In this document: positions 16,299-25,901 of the stretch, piece by piece
Position numbering within the stretch: position 1 is the stretch's first letter
Layout of the letters: each line of letters begins with the position of its first letter
Assembly (NCBI GenBank): GCA_035480715.1
Contig: DATIHL010000015.1
Location: forward strand, 72,384 to 136,383
Reading direction: 5' to 3'
DNA: 64,000 nucleotides
From: Candidatus Saccharimonadales bacterium
Lineage (GTDB): Bacteria > Patescibacteriota > Saccharimonadia > Saccharimonadales > UBA10212
The notes under the pieces: generated by a model
The model's database searches: none
What the model was told of the DNA's origin: nothing
What the model saw: only the letters and a program-made list of their open reading frames with translations
Position numbers and translations under genes: made by a program

Positions 16299-17378
16299 TT
16301 AGACTTTTTGGAGCCAGGCGTTGATAAATGGGTCGAGGTTGCCATTAAGCACTCCCTCAACATCAGATGTTTCGTAGCCAGTGCGTAAATCCCTCACCTG
16401 CTTATATGGATGCAGTACGTAGTTTCTGTCTTGACTGCCAAATTCGGTTGATTTGCTCGGTCCTTTTAGCTCAGCAAGGTCATTGACATGTTGCTGCAGC
16501 TGCAGCGCAGCTAGACGCGAGCGCAGGATGGCCAGCGCCGTTTCTTTGTTCTGCAGCTGTGAGCGCTCGTTTTGAATCGCTACCGAAATACCAGTGGGCA
16601 TATGGGTCACCCGGACGGCGGAGTCGGTGGTATTAACTGATTGGCCGCCGTGCCCTCCGGCGCGAAATACATCGATTTTAAGATCTTTTTCATCAATCAG
16701 AACTTCATCCGGACGCTCAATCAGTGGTAGAATTTCTACTTTAGCAAAGCTGGTCTCGCGTGAATGAGCTGTGTTGAACGGGCTCAAGCGCACTAGACGA
16801 TGCACGCCGCTCTCGCCCGCCAATTTGCCGTATAAAAAATCGCCGCCACTTATTCTAATCGTCGCACTTTTAATCCCAGCTTCTTCGCCGGCTGATTGGT
16901 CAAGGGTGCTAACATGTAAATTATTTTTTTCTGCCCATCGTGTGTACATTCTAAGCAGCATCTCGGCCCAGTCCTGTGCGTCTGTTCCACCTGCGCCGGC
17001 GTAAATACTTAGAACCACATCATGATCGTCGTATGGACCCTTAAATTTGAGGTCTTCTTTGAGCTCCTCATAGTCGTTTTCTAAATCAACCAGCTGTCTT
17101 TCTAGCTCAGTTTGCATGCTAGAATCGGCCAGTTCCGCCAAATCGGTCAGCTCTTTGGCAGATTTATGCAGCTTAAGCCACGGCCCAATTTTACGTTCAA
17201 GATCTGCGGCTTGCTTGCTAACCGTCTGTGCTTTGGCATTATCTTGCCAAAAATCCGCTTCGGCCATCTGATGATGAAGCTTCCTAAGTTCAGTTTCTTG
17301 CTCTTCAATATCGGTATGTACGTACATCGAATCGACATCAAAAAATAGTTTTTTGGCGCGTTGTTTTAGCTCTTCCAT
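16299..17378 (-). CDS. prfB: peptide chain release factor 2 (single uninterrupted frame)
   Basis: SPF tripeptide (RLSPFNTAHSRETSFA) and GGQ ([16 protein letters not shown]). Start taken at MEELKQRAKK (ATG 17378), 1 nt after the stop of the upstream M16 gene. The ORF-track extension to 17456 overlaps that gene. Confidence 0.9.
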   Translation of the reverse strand: MEELKQRAKKLFFDVDSMYVHTDIEEQETELRKLHHQMAEADFWQDNAKAQTVSKQAADLERKIGPWLKLHKSAKELTDLAELADSSMQTELERQLVDLENDYEELKEDLKFKGPYDDHDVVLSIYAGAGGTDAQDWAEMLLRMYTRWAEKNNLHVSTLDQSAGEEAGIKSATIRISGGDFLYGKLAGESGVHRLVRLSPFNTAHSRETSFAKVEILPLIERPDEVLIDEKDLKIDVFRAGGHGGQSVNTTDSAVRVTHMPTGISVAIQNERSQLQNKETALAILRSRLAALQLQQHVNDLAELKGPSKSTEFGSQDRNYVLHPYKQVRDLRTGYETSDVEGVLNGNLDPFINAWLQKV

Positions 17379-17379
17379 T

Positions 17380-18663
17380 TTATCTCCAAAGAGGCTGCAA
17401 TTGGTCGTACAATTTTTGAGAAAGCGTAGAATCAGTACCACCCAGAATCCCCACACTGCCCAGATCCTCGGAAAACATCTGCCTCATAGCCCTGGCCATA
17501 TCGGATTTAGTAACAGCTTTGATACGAGCCGGAATAGTGCGCATGTCTTCAACGTAACCATCAAAGAAATACCGGCCGTAGGCGCTAGCCACGCTGTTGA
17601 CGGTTTGCAGGGAGCGCTGGAAAGAACCTAGAGCGTATTGCTTGGCACCCTCCAGTTCTTTATCGTCAATAATGCCATTTTGGATCTTTTTAACTTCGGA
17701 CATAACGATATCGGACAGCGCCTGCGCATTTTCAGCCAACACTTGTGCGCTCAAAAACCACTCTGTAACCCGGTTTGAAAGATGGTGCCCCGAGCTCACA
17801 TGATAAACTAGGCCGCGATCTCGAGCCTGGCCAAAAATTTTTGAATAAAGTGTTTCTGTTAGCATGATGCGCGCTAGTCCCAATGCGTCGTCATCACGAG
17901 TAGAAATAATATCGTTTAAGTGCGTGCTGATTATCAGATAAATATTAGGCACTGTCTCATTAGCCACGAATACAGGTTTTTGCGGTTTTCTGGCTTTCTC
18001 TAGAGGTAGTTTGATGCGGCCAGGCCCTTTTGGCAGTTCGATTTCCTCGATGATTTTTTTAACTTCACTGCGCCTACCCCGCAGACTGCCGGCTATAACA
18101 AAGCGGATGTTTGACGCAAAATGGGTCTTTTTATAATGCTCGATTAGATCTTCCCTTTCGATATTCTTCATAAGATCAATGCGTTGACGGTCGGTGGCAA
18201 CATTGAAGCCAAATGATCTAGAAAGCTCGCTGGCCAGTTCGCGAAAGTGATTATTGGTATAGCTGGTGAGTTCGTCCCGGATGTTGCCGGATTCGGCGTC
18301 AAATTCCTGTTTTAAAAATAGCGGCTTAGTCAGACCCTTAAACAAAAGACCCAGTACGCGGTCCCATTCAAAGTCAGCCACTTCGCCGACATAAGAAACC
18401 GAATAATAGCTGGTGTAGGCATTACTATCAGCGCCGTTTTTTGATAGCTCTGATTGATATATTTGGCGGTCCGGGTAGTATTCATTAGCACCGGCAGCCA
18501 CTATGTGTTCCATTAAATGCGGCACTTCCCACTTGCGTTTCGGTACCAGAAATTCACCGGCCCTAAAATTGAGTTCATAACTTGTGACTGTAGCACCGGG
18601 AACATCGATTAGCAGCCCTTTGGCCCCATTCTTTAGCTCCACCTTATCAACTGTATGTTTCAT
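17380..18663 (-). CDS. M16-family (pitrilysin-like) zinc peptidase
   Basis: 427 aa. Inverted zinc motif HxxEH present (HLMEH). GGAGGAAG SD upstream. Confidence 0.8.
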   Translation of the reverse strand: MKHTVDKVELKNGAKGLLIDVPGATVTSYELNFRAGEFLVPKRKWEVPHLMEHIVAAGANEYYPDRQIYQSELSKNGADSNAYTSYYSVSYVGEVADFEWDRVLGLLFKGLTKPLFLKQEFDAESGNIRDELTSYTNNHFRELASELSRSFGFNVATDRQRIDLMKNIEREDLIEHYKKTHFASNIRFVIAGSLRGRRSEVKKIIEEIELPKGPGRIKLPLEKARKPQKPVFVANETVPNIYLIISTHLNDIISTRDDDALGLARIMLTETLYSKIFGQARDRGLVYHVSSGHHLSNRVTEWFLSAQVLAENAQALSDIVMSEVKKIQNGIIDDKELEGAKQYALGSFQRSLQTVNSVASAYGRYFFDGYVEDMRTIPARIKAVTKSDMARAMRQMFSEDLGSVGILGGTDSTLSQKLYDQLQPLWR

Positions 18664-18668
18664 GCAGC

Positions 18669-21311
18669 CTACTTCCTCCTTTTCTTTTTGTGGGTTGACT
18701 TCTTCTTGCGCTGGCGCTCGGCTTTGCGGGCTTTTTTGCGCTCGGCTTTAAACCGGGCAGTCTGGACTTGTTCTTCGCGGGTGCTCAAAAAATCTGATTC
18801 TTCAAATTCTTCGGCACTGGTCACTTGAGCGGCATTATCGACCGAACCCCGAGCTGCTCGCGTCAATTCGGTCTCAACTGCCCGCTCTGCCTCCGCCTCA
18901 GAAACTGGTTGGGCGTGCATAATGCCGCGCACGATGTCGTGGCGCAGTACCGCCTGCATATCGTCAAAAAGGCGCTGGCCCTGACGACGATATTCTACCA
19001 GCGGATCACGCTGACCGACGGAAATCCAGTGAATACCTTCACGCAAATGGTCCATATTTTCCAGATGCTGCATCCACAAATTATCCAGAATCTGCATGTA
19101 AATATCGCGTTCAACTTTACGCAATGTGTCGGCGCCAAAGGCTTTTTCCTGATTCCTATAAAGTTCTAATGACGCCTTCTGAAGTTCATCTTTGAACTTG
19201 TCAGCCGATGTGTCAAAGAGCTGATCAAGCGTTTTCGCATCAAGTGGCAATACCTCTGTTAGTATGGCTTCAAAGGTTTCGGTCATAGAGTCCGGGTGGG
19301 CTACCAGCGCATCGGCTTCTTCGGTTATAAATTTCTTGACGCGGGCGCTGATATCTTCTGCCTGCAAGACCTCGCTGCGCAACGCGTAAACCGCTTTGCG
19401 GTGGCGATTCATAACGTCATCGTACTGCACCACGTTTTTACGTTGATCAAAGTTAAAGCCTTCGACTTTTTTCTGGGCACCTTCCAAGCTCTTGGTAATC
19501 ATACGACTCTCGATCGGCGTATCCTCATCAACTTTCAGTCGGTCCATGATCGAAGCAATTCGGTCACCCCCGTAAATGCGCATCAGATCATCTTGGCAAG
19601 AAACGTAAAATTGGGTGGTACCCGGATCGCCCTGTCGCCCTGCCCGTCCGCGCAGCTGGTTGTCAATCCTTCGAGCTTCGTGTCGTTCGCTGCCCAAGAC
19701 AAACAACCCGCCCAGCTCAACCACGCCTTCGCCCAGCACAATGTCCGTACCGCGTCCGGCGATGTTAGTCGCTAGAGTTACTGCACCCTTCTGGCCGGCT
19801 TTAGCAATAATTAAAGCTTCGCGCTCATTATTCTTGGCGTTCAGTACTTCGTGCGGCACTTTGGCAGCTTTAAGCAATGCGCTCAAATGCTCGTTTTTCT
19901 CCACACTGACCGTTCCTAACAGTACGGGCTGGCCCTTCTTTTGTAGCTCGGCCACCTCTTGTGCAATAGCTCGGAATTTTCCGGGTTCTGTTTTGTATAT
20001 CCTATCTGGCAGATCTGTACGTACCATCGGTTTATTGGGCGGCACCTCGACCACATCCATTTTGTAAACCTGATGAAATTCTTCACTCTCGGTCGAGGCC
20101 GTACCGGTCATTCCAGCCAGCTTACTGTACAAACGGAAGTAGTTTTGGAAGCTGATTGTCGCTAGCGTCATTGACTCTTCCTGAACCTCCACACCTTCTT
20201 TAGCTTCAATGGCTTGGTGCAAACCTTCGTTGTAGCGCCGGCCGCGCAGCAGTCGTCCGGTAAAGTCGTCAACGATTACAATCTCTCCCTCATTTGTCAC
20301 CACATAGTCCTTATCGCGGTGAAACAGCGTTTGCGCTTTTAAAGCTTGTTCAAGGTGGTAAATAGTACGCAGATTCTCAGTTGCATAAAGGCTGCTGATG
20401 CCTAAGATTTTCTCGACAAACTCTACCCCATCGTCAGTTAAAATCACGCTGCGGCGCTTTTCATCTTTCTCGTAATGTTCGGTTTCTTTGAACTGCCGGA
20501 CAACTTTGGCGAATTGGTCATAAGCCGCGGCACTGGCCGTAGCTGGAGCCGAAATAATAAGTGGTGTGCGGGCTTCGTCGATCAAAATCGAGTCTACTTC
20601 GTCAACGATGGCGTAATTTAGATCACGCTGACGCAATTGGTCGGTTTCACGCACCATGTGATCACGTAAGTAGTCAAAGCCGTACTCGTTATTAGTACCG
20701 TAAGTTATATCGGCCGCGTAAGCCTCCTGACGCGTAGCCGGGCGCAAATGCCTCATTCGCTCGTCAAAGTGATCTTTATTCTCGTACTGCCGATCGTATA
20801 TATAAGATTGGTCCGGCATAACCACCCCCACGCTCATGCCCAAGAAGTCATAAATCTGGCCCATCCAGCCGGCATCGCGCTGCGCCAGGTAGTCGTTGAC
20901 CGTAACCAGATGCGCGCCCTTGCCTTCCAATGCATTCAAATAAAGAGCCAATGACGAAGTTAGAGTTTTACCCTCACCGGTTTTCATTTCGGCGACTTTG
21001 CCCTCGTGCAGCACCATGCCGCCGATCAGCTGCACATCAAAATGTGTCTGCTTTAGCGTGCGGGTAGAAGCCTCGCGCACGGCTGCAAAAGCCTCCGGCA
21101 AAAGCTGATCCAACGTTTTGCCACTTTCAAGCTGCTTTTTAAATTCGTCAGTTTTGGCACGCAGATTAGCGTCGGATATTTTTTTGTACTCACTAGTCAG
21201 CGCGTTAACTTCACTCACGCGCTTGCGCATCCGCTTGATTGTCGCAGCTTGAGGGTCACCCAATATTCTTTTTATGGGTTTACTACTCAGTTTTAATTTC
21301 AACAAAAACAA
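18669..21311 (-). CDS. secA: preprotein translocase ATPase SecA
   Basis: 880 aa. MKTGEGKTL Walker A and DEVDSILIDEARTPLIIS. Lys/Arg-rich C-terminal tail. Start position uncertain within the first 3 codons (TTG). Confidence 0.95.
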   Translation of the reverse strand: MFLLKLKLSSKPIKRILGDPQAATIKRMRKRVSEVNALTSEYKKISDANLRAKTDEFKKQLESGKTLDQLLPEAFAAVREASTRTLKQTHFDVQLIGGMVLHEGKVAEMKTGEGKTLTSSLALYLNALEGKGAHLVTVNDYLAQRDAGWMGQIYDFLGMSVGVVMPDQSYIYDRQYENKDHFDERMRHLRPATRQEAYAADITYGTNNEYGFDYLRDHMVRETDQLRQRDLNYAIVDEVDSILIDEARTPLIISAPATASAAAYDQFAKVVRQFKETEHYEKDEKRRSVILTDDGVEFVEKILGISSLYATENLRTIYHLEQALKAQTLFHRDKDYVVTNEGEIVIVDDFTGRLLRGRRYNEGLHQAIEAKEGVEVQEESMTLATISFQNYFRLYSKLAGMTGTASTESEEFHQVYKMDVVEVPPNKPMVRTDLPDRIYKTEPGKFRAIAQEVAELQKKGQPVLLGTVSVEKNEHLSALLKAAKVPHEVLNAKNNEREALIIAKAGQKGAVTLATNIAGRGTDIVLGEGVVELGGLFVLGSERHEARRIDNQLRGRAGRQGDPGTTQFYVSCQDDLMRIYGGDRIASIMDRLKVDEDTPIESRMITKSLEGAQKKVEGFNFDQRKNVVQYDDVMNRHRKAVYALRSEVLQAEDISARVKKFITEEADALVAHPDSMTETFEAILTEVLPLDAKTLDQLFDTSADKFKDELQKASLELYRNQEKAFGADTLRKVERDIYMQILDNLWMQHLENMDHLREGIHWISVGQRDPLVEYRRQGQRLFDDMQAVLRHDIVRGIMHAQPVSEAEAERAVETELTRAARGSVDNAAQVTSAEEFEESDFLSTREEQVQTARFKAERKKARKAERQRKKKSTHKKKRRK

Positions 21312-21368
21312 ACCTCCACTAAAAAATTAGCCACTCCTTATTGTACTCCAAAAACTGCTCCCAAAAAA

Positions 21369-21393
21369 TACTTAACTTGTTAAGTATTCCCTG
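21369..21393. repeat. P palindrome copy 3 (TACTTAAC-TT-GTTAAGTA plus TTCCCTG tail)
   Basis: Perfect palindrome 5 nt after the serS stop. On the minus strand it is followed by TTTTTT. Confidence 0.8.
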
Positions 21394-21397
21394 TTTG

Positions 21398-22687
21398 CTA
21401 TATTTCGGTCTGGCCGCCCATATACTTTTGTAGAACTTCTGGAATTTCTACACTACCGTCGGCCTGCTGATAGTTCTCGATTATAGCTACCATTGTTCTG
21501 CCGGGTGCAAGAGCGGTAGCATCATTGGTGTAGGCAAACACTGTGTGTTCGTCTTTATTTTTGATACGTGTGTGCAATCTACGGGCTTGGTAGTAGGTCA
21601 TGTAATCCGCTGTATGCGTCTCGAGATACTTATTTTGGCTCGGCAACCAAGCCTCAATATCTATACCTCGTGCGTTAGGCTTGCCAATATCGGGTTTGCA
21701 CTTATTGAGAACATGGTATGGGATATTTAGCTGTTGCATTAAGTATTCTTGGATAGCCACAAAAAACAAATGTTCAATTAATCCCTGTTCTGGTGTTGTA
21801 AAGCTCTCCATCTCAAGTTTATCGAACTGGTGCATACGAATTATACCTTCAGTGTCTTTACCATAACTACCGGCTTCACGTCGAAAACTCGTTAGATAAC
21901 CTAGATAGCGTATGGGTAAATCTTCAGCAGATAAGATTTCATTGGTATACATCGATCCTAAGGTGTGTTCAGCACTGCCCTGAAGCCAAAGATCGTCTTC
22001 CTCAGAGCCTACTTTATAGCGTTCATCCTGCGGTTCTAGACGGTCCATGTTTTTGAATACTTCGGTGCGAATCATCGCAGGTGGTAGAACCGGTATAAAT
22101 GGTTTAGGTGAGACGTTCTTTAAGCCGGAGTTCTGAATAATTTTTTTAAGTGTTTCTTCATTTGTTAATGCTTCTAAAACAAACTGTACGAGAGCAAACT
22201 GTAGTCTCACTAAATCACCTTTTATGTATGCAAAACGAGTACCTGCGACTTTTGCAGCACGTTCTTTATCAATCCAGTCATGTTGTTCTGCGATCTCCCA
22301 GTGGGTTTTTGGCGCAAAGTCGAATTTAGGTTTATTTCCCCATTCTTTTACTACAACATTATCAGCTTCACTATTTCCTTCCGGCACATCATCAGCTGGC
22401 ATATTTGGAACTTCTTTTAGCCGCTGTATGTATTCATCGTCTGCCTCCCGAAAAGCTTGTCTCGCTATAGCAAGTTCTTCCTTAAGCTTTTTTGCTTCTT
22501 CAGACGGACCTTTTGATTTTTTGGAAATCTCGTTGCTTTTTCTCTTCAGGTCCTCTCGCACATGCAAACGTTTGTTCCGGAGTTGGTATACCTCAAGGAG
22601 TTTTTCAATATCAACTTTATAGCCTTTTTTTTCAGACTCTTGTTTTACTTTTTCGGGATCATCGAGTACAACTTGAATATTCAGCAT
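21398..22687 (-). CDS. serS: serine--tRNA ligase
   Basis: 429 aa. N-terminal coiled-coil arm and class II core (FRREAGSYGKDTEGIIRMHQFDKLE). Confidence 0.93.
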   Translation of the reverse strand: MLNIQVVLDDPEKVKQESEKKGYKVDIEKLLEVYQLRNKRLHVREDLKRKSNEISKKSKGPSEEAKKLKEELAIARQAFREADDEYIQRLKEVPNMPADDVPEGNSEADNVVVKEWGNKPKFDFAPKTHWEIAEQHDWIDKERAAKVAGTRFAYIKGDLVRLQFALVQFVLEALTNEETLKKIIQNSGLKNVSPKPFIPVLPPAMIRTEVFKNMDRLEPQDERYKVGSEEDDLWLQGSAEHTLGSMYTNEILSAEDLPIRYLGYLTSFRREAGSYGKDTEGIIRMHQFDKLEMESFTTPEQGLIEHLFFVAIQEYLMQQLNIPYHVLNKCKPDIGKPNARGIDIEAWLPSQNKYLETHTADYMTYYQARRLHTRIKNKDEHTVFAYTNDATALAPGRTMVAIIENYQQADGSVEIPEVLQKYMGGQTEI

Positions 22688-22696
22688 ACTTTTATT

Positions 22697-23458
22697 CTAT
22701 TTCTTCTTAGCAACAGCGTCTAGCGTTAATTGTGTGCGGGCGCGGGCATAGGCGCAATATTCGCAATCAGCTGCTTCTTTAGGCATATTGCCTTCTAGGG
22801 TTTTTTTGATTTTCACTAGAGTTGGTTCGATCCATTTATCTGATCCTTTATATGGAAAAATATTGGTGCGGAACTCTACTTTATTAAAGAAACCATCTTT
22901 TTTAGCGATACCGTTGGCGTAGACAAAATAACCAGTGTCGCTAACTTTATGCCCCTCGCCGCGCAGCAGCCATTGATAGACCTCCATCTGACGACGGTAG
23001 CTGTCGTGCCACCTGGAGTCTTCCAGATTAGTGATTTCTTTATCTTTGGCGGTGGCTTTGTAATCCACAACCACCAGTTCACCTTTAGGGTTAACCCACA
23101 CGTCGTCAACCCCGCCGGAAATCAGTAGATTTGTCGGTTCATGCAAGTGCTGAACGCCGGTAAAAGCGTGGCGCCACCGCTCCAAATCTTTGTGAGCGAA
23201 CGGCTTGGCATCGACTTTAAATTCAATCTGCCAGGGGTGCTGCTCGTCTTTAGCACGGTATCCATCAAATTCTATTTTTAGCAGAGCGTCGATGGCGGTG
23301 TTGATCAAAAAAGGCGGCGTACTGGGTTGATTAATTTTTAAACGCTGGGCTAGCCAAAAGCATCGCTGGCAGCGCATAAAATTCTCGATCCGGCTGCGAC
23401 TTAATTTATAAACCTCTTTTTGCCCGGACTTGTAAGCCGGGCTCCTCTCGTATGCCAT
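22697..23458 (-). CDS. PD-(D/E)XK nuclease-family protein, Cas4/RecB-like, with four cysteines
   Basis: 253 aa. CQRC near the N-terminus and CEYC near the C-terminus. Core ELVVVDYKAT (D/E-x-K). Confidence 0.65.
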   Translation of the reverse strand: MAYERSPAYKSGQKEVYKLSRSRIENFMRCQRCFWLAQRLKINQPSTPPFLINTAIDALLKIEFDGYRAKDEQHPWQIEFKVDAKPFAHKDLERWRHAFTGVQHLHEPTNLLISGGVDDVWVNPKGELVVVDYKATAKDKEITNLEDSRWHDSYRRQMEVYQWLLRGEGHKVSDTGYFVYANGIAKKDGFFNKVEFRTNIFPYKGSDKWIEPTLVKIKKTLEGNMPKEAADCEYCAYARARTQLTLDAVAKKK

Positions 23459-23628
23459 TACTATATTCTAGCAGCTTACTTAACCAGCGAGCTGAACGGC
23501 CAAGAAGGAAATTAGCGCCAGCACAACCGCTACGATTACAGCTATTAGACCCCAGTTTTTGGTCGGATTTGGTGGTGTCTGTGGTTCCATGCTTACAGGA
23601 TAGAGGATTTAAGGCTTAGGATATAGCC

Positions 23629-23661
23629 AAAATAAAAGACGCGGCTTTTGAATACCGCGCC
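23629..23661 (-). terminator. intrinsic terminator after the YggT-like gene
   Basis: Minus strand GGCGCGG-10 nt-CCGCGUC followed by UUUUAUUUU, 43 nt past the stop at 23704. Confidence 0.6.
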
Positions 23662-23703
23662 TCTTTCGCTTTCAGGACTTTATTTTTACTTCAGCCTGCT
23701 CGG

Positions 23704-24006
23704 TTATTTTTTGGCCCAGCGTCCCAAAAGGGATACCGCCAAGTAGCCGGCTACTGCATATGCAGCCATGGCAAAGAGCGCCACGAAGTCTACAACCCAC
23801 CCATGGTTCACAACGTTGTACGATGGGAACACACCTCGCAGTGGTTCAAGCAACGTGGCTGTACTGGCGTAGCACCAGTGAATGAAAGTTGCATCCGGGT
23901 TTCCATTGAAGAACCGCAGAACAACTCGCAGCAAAAGCAAAAGCTCAGCTACGCCCACGAAGAAATGAACCACTCCTGCGACGGACTGTCGATGAGTGAA
24001 TGGCAT
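23704..24006 (-). CDS. YggT-family membrane protein
   Basis: 100 aa. LLLLRVVLRFFNGNP ... LLEPLRGVFP ... VDFVALFA pattern. GGAGGAGG SD. Confidence 0.7.
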   Translation of the reverse strand: MPFTHRQSVAGVVHFFVGVAELLLLLRVVLRFFNGNPDATFIHWCYASTATLLEPLRGVFPSYNVVNHGWVVDFVALFAMAAYAVAGYLAVSLLGRWAKK

Positions 24007-24101
24007 ATATGCCTCCTCCTTAATGTTAATAACTTCATCATATTCCTAATAACGCAAATTTTCAATATACATATCCACAGGACCCAAATGCGTGATTCCT
24101 G

Positions 24102-24485
24102 CTAGTTCTTGTTACGACGCTCTAATTCGTGGATCCGGTCATGGTCTAAGCCATAGTAATGAGCTACTTCGTGCCAAATAGTGTGTCGAATATGCTCGCG
24201 CAGTTCGTCTAAGCTATTACTGAAAGCCAGGGCGGGATTTTTAAAAATTGTTATCTTATCTGGCAGAATCTTGGTTGTTCCCTGCCGCCGTGGCAATGGT
24301 ACGCCCTCGTAAAGACCAAAAAGTACTTCGCCGTGAAATAATCGGAGTTTTATTACTTGATCCGGCGAGGGATCGTCCTCGACTATGAAGGCGACATCCT
24401 TTAGATGCTCCTGATAAAGAGGAGGAATGGCATCTATACCGTCGCTCACTAATTTTCTAAAGTCTTCGTCGCTGATCGAAACCAT
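24102..24485 (-). CDS. metallopeptidase-family protein (zincin-like, HExxH)
   Basis: 127 aa. IWHEVAHYYGLDHDRIHELE at the C-terminus. Confidence 0.75.
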   Translation of the reverse strand: MVSISDEDFRKLVSDGIDAIPPLYQEHLKDVAFIVEDDPSPDQVIKLRLFHGEVLFGLYEGVPLPRRQGTTKILPDKITIFKNPALAFSNSLDELREHIRHTIWHEVAHYYGLDHDRIHELERRNKN

Positions 24486-24572
24486 CCTTCAATATTACCA
24501 AGTTTAGGCTTCTAAGCGTTTCATCAGTTTTCAATTTTATGATTGGCTTGCTTAAAAAGGAGCAAGCACGTT

Positions 24573-25031
24573 ATGAAAATTACTAAAAAGGCCGTTTTGG
24601 CAGCAGTTTTGGGAGTTGTTGGCACTGGAGTAGTGACAGCCACAGCTTTAGCTGCCACTTCTTCAACGGATACTAAATATCCGTCAATTGTCCAAAAAAT
24701 AGCTGATAAATTTCATCTAAACCCGGCGGATGTGCAGAGCGTTTTTGACCAGAACCGCCAGGATATACAGGCCCAGCACCAGCAAAAACTAAAGAGCACG
24801 CTGGATCAGGTAGTTAAGGACGGCAAAATTACGCAAGATCAGGCAGATAAGCTGTTGGCCAAACTCAACAGCCTGCACGATCAATTCAAAAACGATAACC
24901 GCGAAGAACGAATGCAAAACCGTCAACAGTTGCATGACGAGCTCGAACAGTGGGCTAAAGATAATGGCATAAATAATTTGGACGACATCCTGCCCCATCC
25001 ACTTATGGGCAGACATCACATGATGCAGTAA
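24573..25031 (+). CDS. secreted hypothetical protein (Q-rich, helical)
   Basis: Start chosen at MKITKKAVLAAVLGVVGTGVVTATALAA (signal peptide), preceded by AGGAG. The ORF track begins at 24543. Confidence 0.6.
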   Translation: MKITKKAVLAAVLGVVGTGVVTATALAATSSTDTKYPSIVQKIADKFHLNPADVQSVFDQNRQDIQAQHQQKLKSTLDQVVKDGKITQDQADKLLAKLNSLHDQFKNDNREERMQNRQQLHDELEQWAKDNGINNLDDILPHPLMGRHHMMQ

Positions 25032-25096
25032 ACCGCATGTGCGGCCATTCAAGTAACTTAGGCCACACCGGACTTAAAGTAATTTGCTTCGGAAAA

Positions 25097-25128
25097 CAAT
25101 AAAGCGCCTTTTGAGGGGCGCTTTATTG
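25097..25128. terminator. bidirectional hairpin terminator
   Basis: CAATAAAGCGCC / GGCGCTTTATTG, a perfect 12-bp stem with an 8-nt loop, 66 nt after the stop at 25031. Confidence 0.6.
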
Positions 25129-25369
25129 TCGTGATTTCTCCCTTGCGGGATAGTCACTGAATCACCTCACGATGATCTAGGTACAACTATACGCAGATAC
25201 CTGAGTCTAGTCAAACGCTTAAGTTTATTGTTTAAATTGCTTTTGCTTGAAGTTGAATTAACACCTGTAGATTCGCAATCAGAAACTAGAAATTAGCAAA
25301 TGGAGTGTTGTAATAATTGCATTTTACTCGCCTGAGGTCTCAAACATATTAAGAACTTAGGTAAGTTGC

Positions 25370-25401
25370 CCTCCCTCAGCCGCCGAAGCGGCTGAGGGAG
25401 G
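25370..25401 (-). terminator. GC-rich hairpin downstream of the island-2 ORF (no U tract)
   Basis: CCTCCCTCAGCCGC-CGAA-GCGGCTGAGGGAGG, a perfect 14-bp stem. Confidence 0.5.
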
Positions 25402-25466
25402 ACTGCCCGGGGGAGCGGTGAAGCAGTATTGCGTGTAGTGCGACTGGGATCGCCGGCGATACCGCG

Positions 25467-25880
25467 TTAGCGGATGAACTCCGCGACGAGCCAAGCGACC
25501 AGCAGGATCGCGGCCGGCCTGGCAGCGGTGTCGAAGAACTCGACGCGCTTGCTCATCAAGCGGCCATGCATGGAACCCTTGAACACGCGCCAGGGGTTGT
25601 AGAGACGACCCTGGAGAGCATCGCTGACGAGCATGATGACGCCGAAGGCGCCAAGCACGACGAGAACGCAGTTCCAGTAGCCGTCGATCGGCCCGAGGCT
25701 GATCGCGCCGGCCAGCGGGTTCCACGTGTAGTACAGAACCGCTCCGAGCATGAGCGCAGAGACGAAGACCGCCGACACGAGCTGAACCTTGTCGAGGATC
25801 CACTTGAAGAGGCCGTCAAGTCCGTCGAACGGGTCGACAGCCGTCTCTGCTCCGTGAAACTGACCAACGTGCGTGGCCAT
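25467..25880 (-). CDS. high-GC small membrane protein (137 aa, about 3 TM helices)
   Basis: Start at MATHVGQFHG (ATG 25880) preceded by AAGGAGG 4 nt upstream. The ORF-track extension to 26030 runs through the promoter. 36/60 G+C in 25621-25680. Confidence 0.65.
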   Translation of the reverse strand: MATHVGQFHGAETAVDPFDGLDGLFKWILDKVQLVSAVFVSALMLGAVLYYTWNPLAGAISLGPIDGYWNCVLVVLGAFGVIMLVSDALQGRLYNPWRVFKGSMHGRLMSKRVEFFDTAARPAAILLVAWLVAEFIR

Positions 25881-25901
25881 GATTCCTCCTTGTAGAAGTT
25901 T

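Noticed and set aside
16299-17456. Programmed +1 frameshift expected in many bacterial prfB genes, and the long N-terminal extension in the ORF track
   Set aside because: RF2 reads as one uninterrupted frame from ATG 17378 with no in-frame UGA near codon 25. The extension to 17456 overlaps the 3' end of the M16 peptidase gene and has no SD. I therefore call a non-frameshifted prfB.
23480-23590. A 36-codon minus-strand ORF (MEPQTPPNPTKNWGLIAVIVAVVLALISFLAVQLAG) with a plausible TM helix
   Set aside because: It has no SD or promoter that I can point to, and it lies just past a terminator. It may be real but is unsupported, so it is not listed as a feature.
25357-25895. Alternative-frame ORFs over the island-2 gene, and the 50-codon 5' extension of 25467..26030
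   Set aside because: The same high-GC artefact applies. The extension runs across the TTGCAT-17-TATAAT promoter and leader palindrome, whereas ATG 25880 has an AAGGAGG SD.
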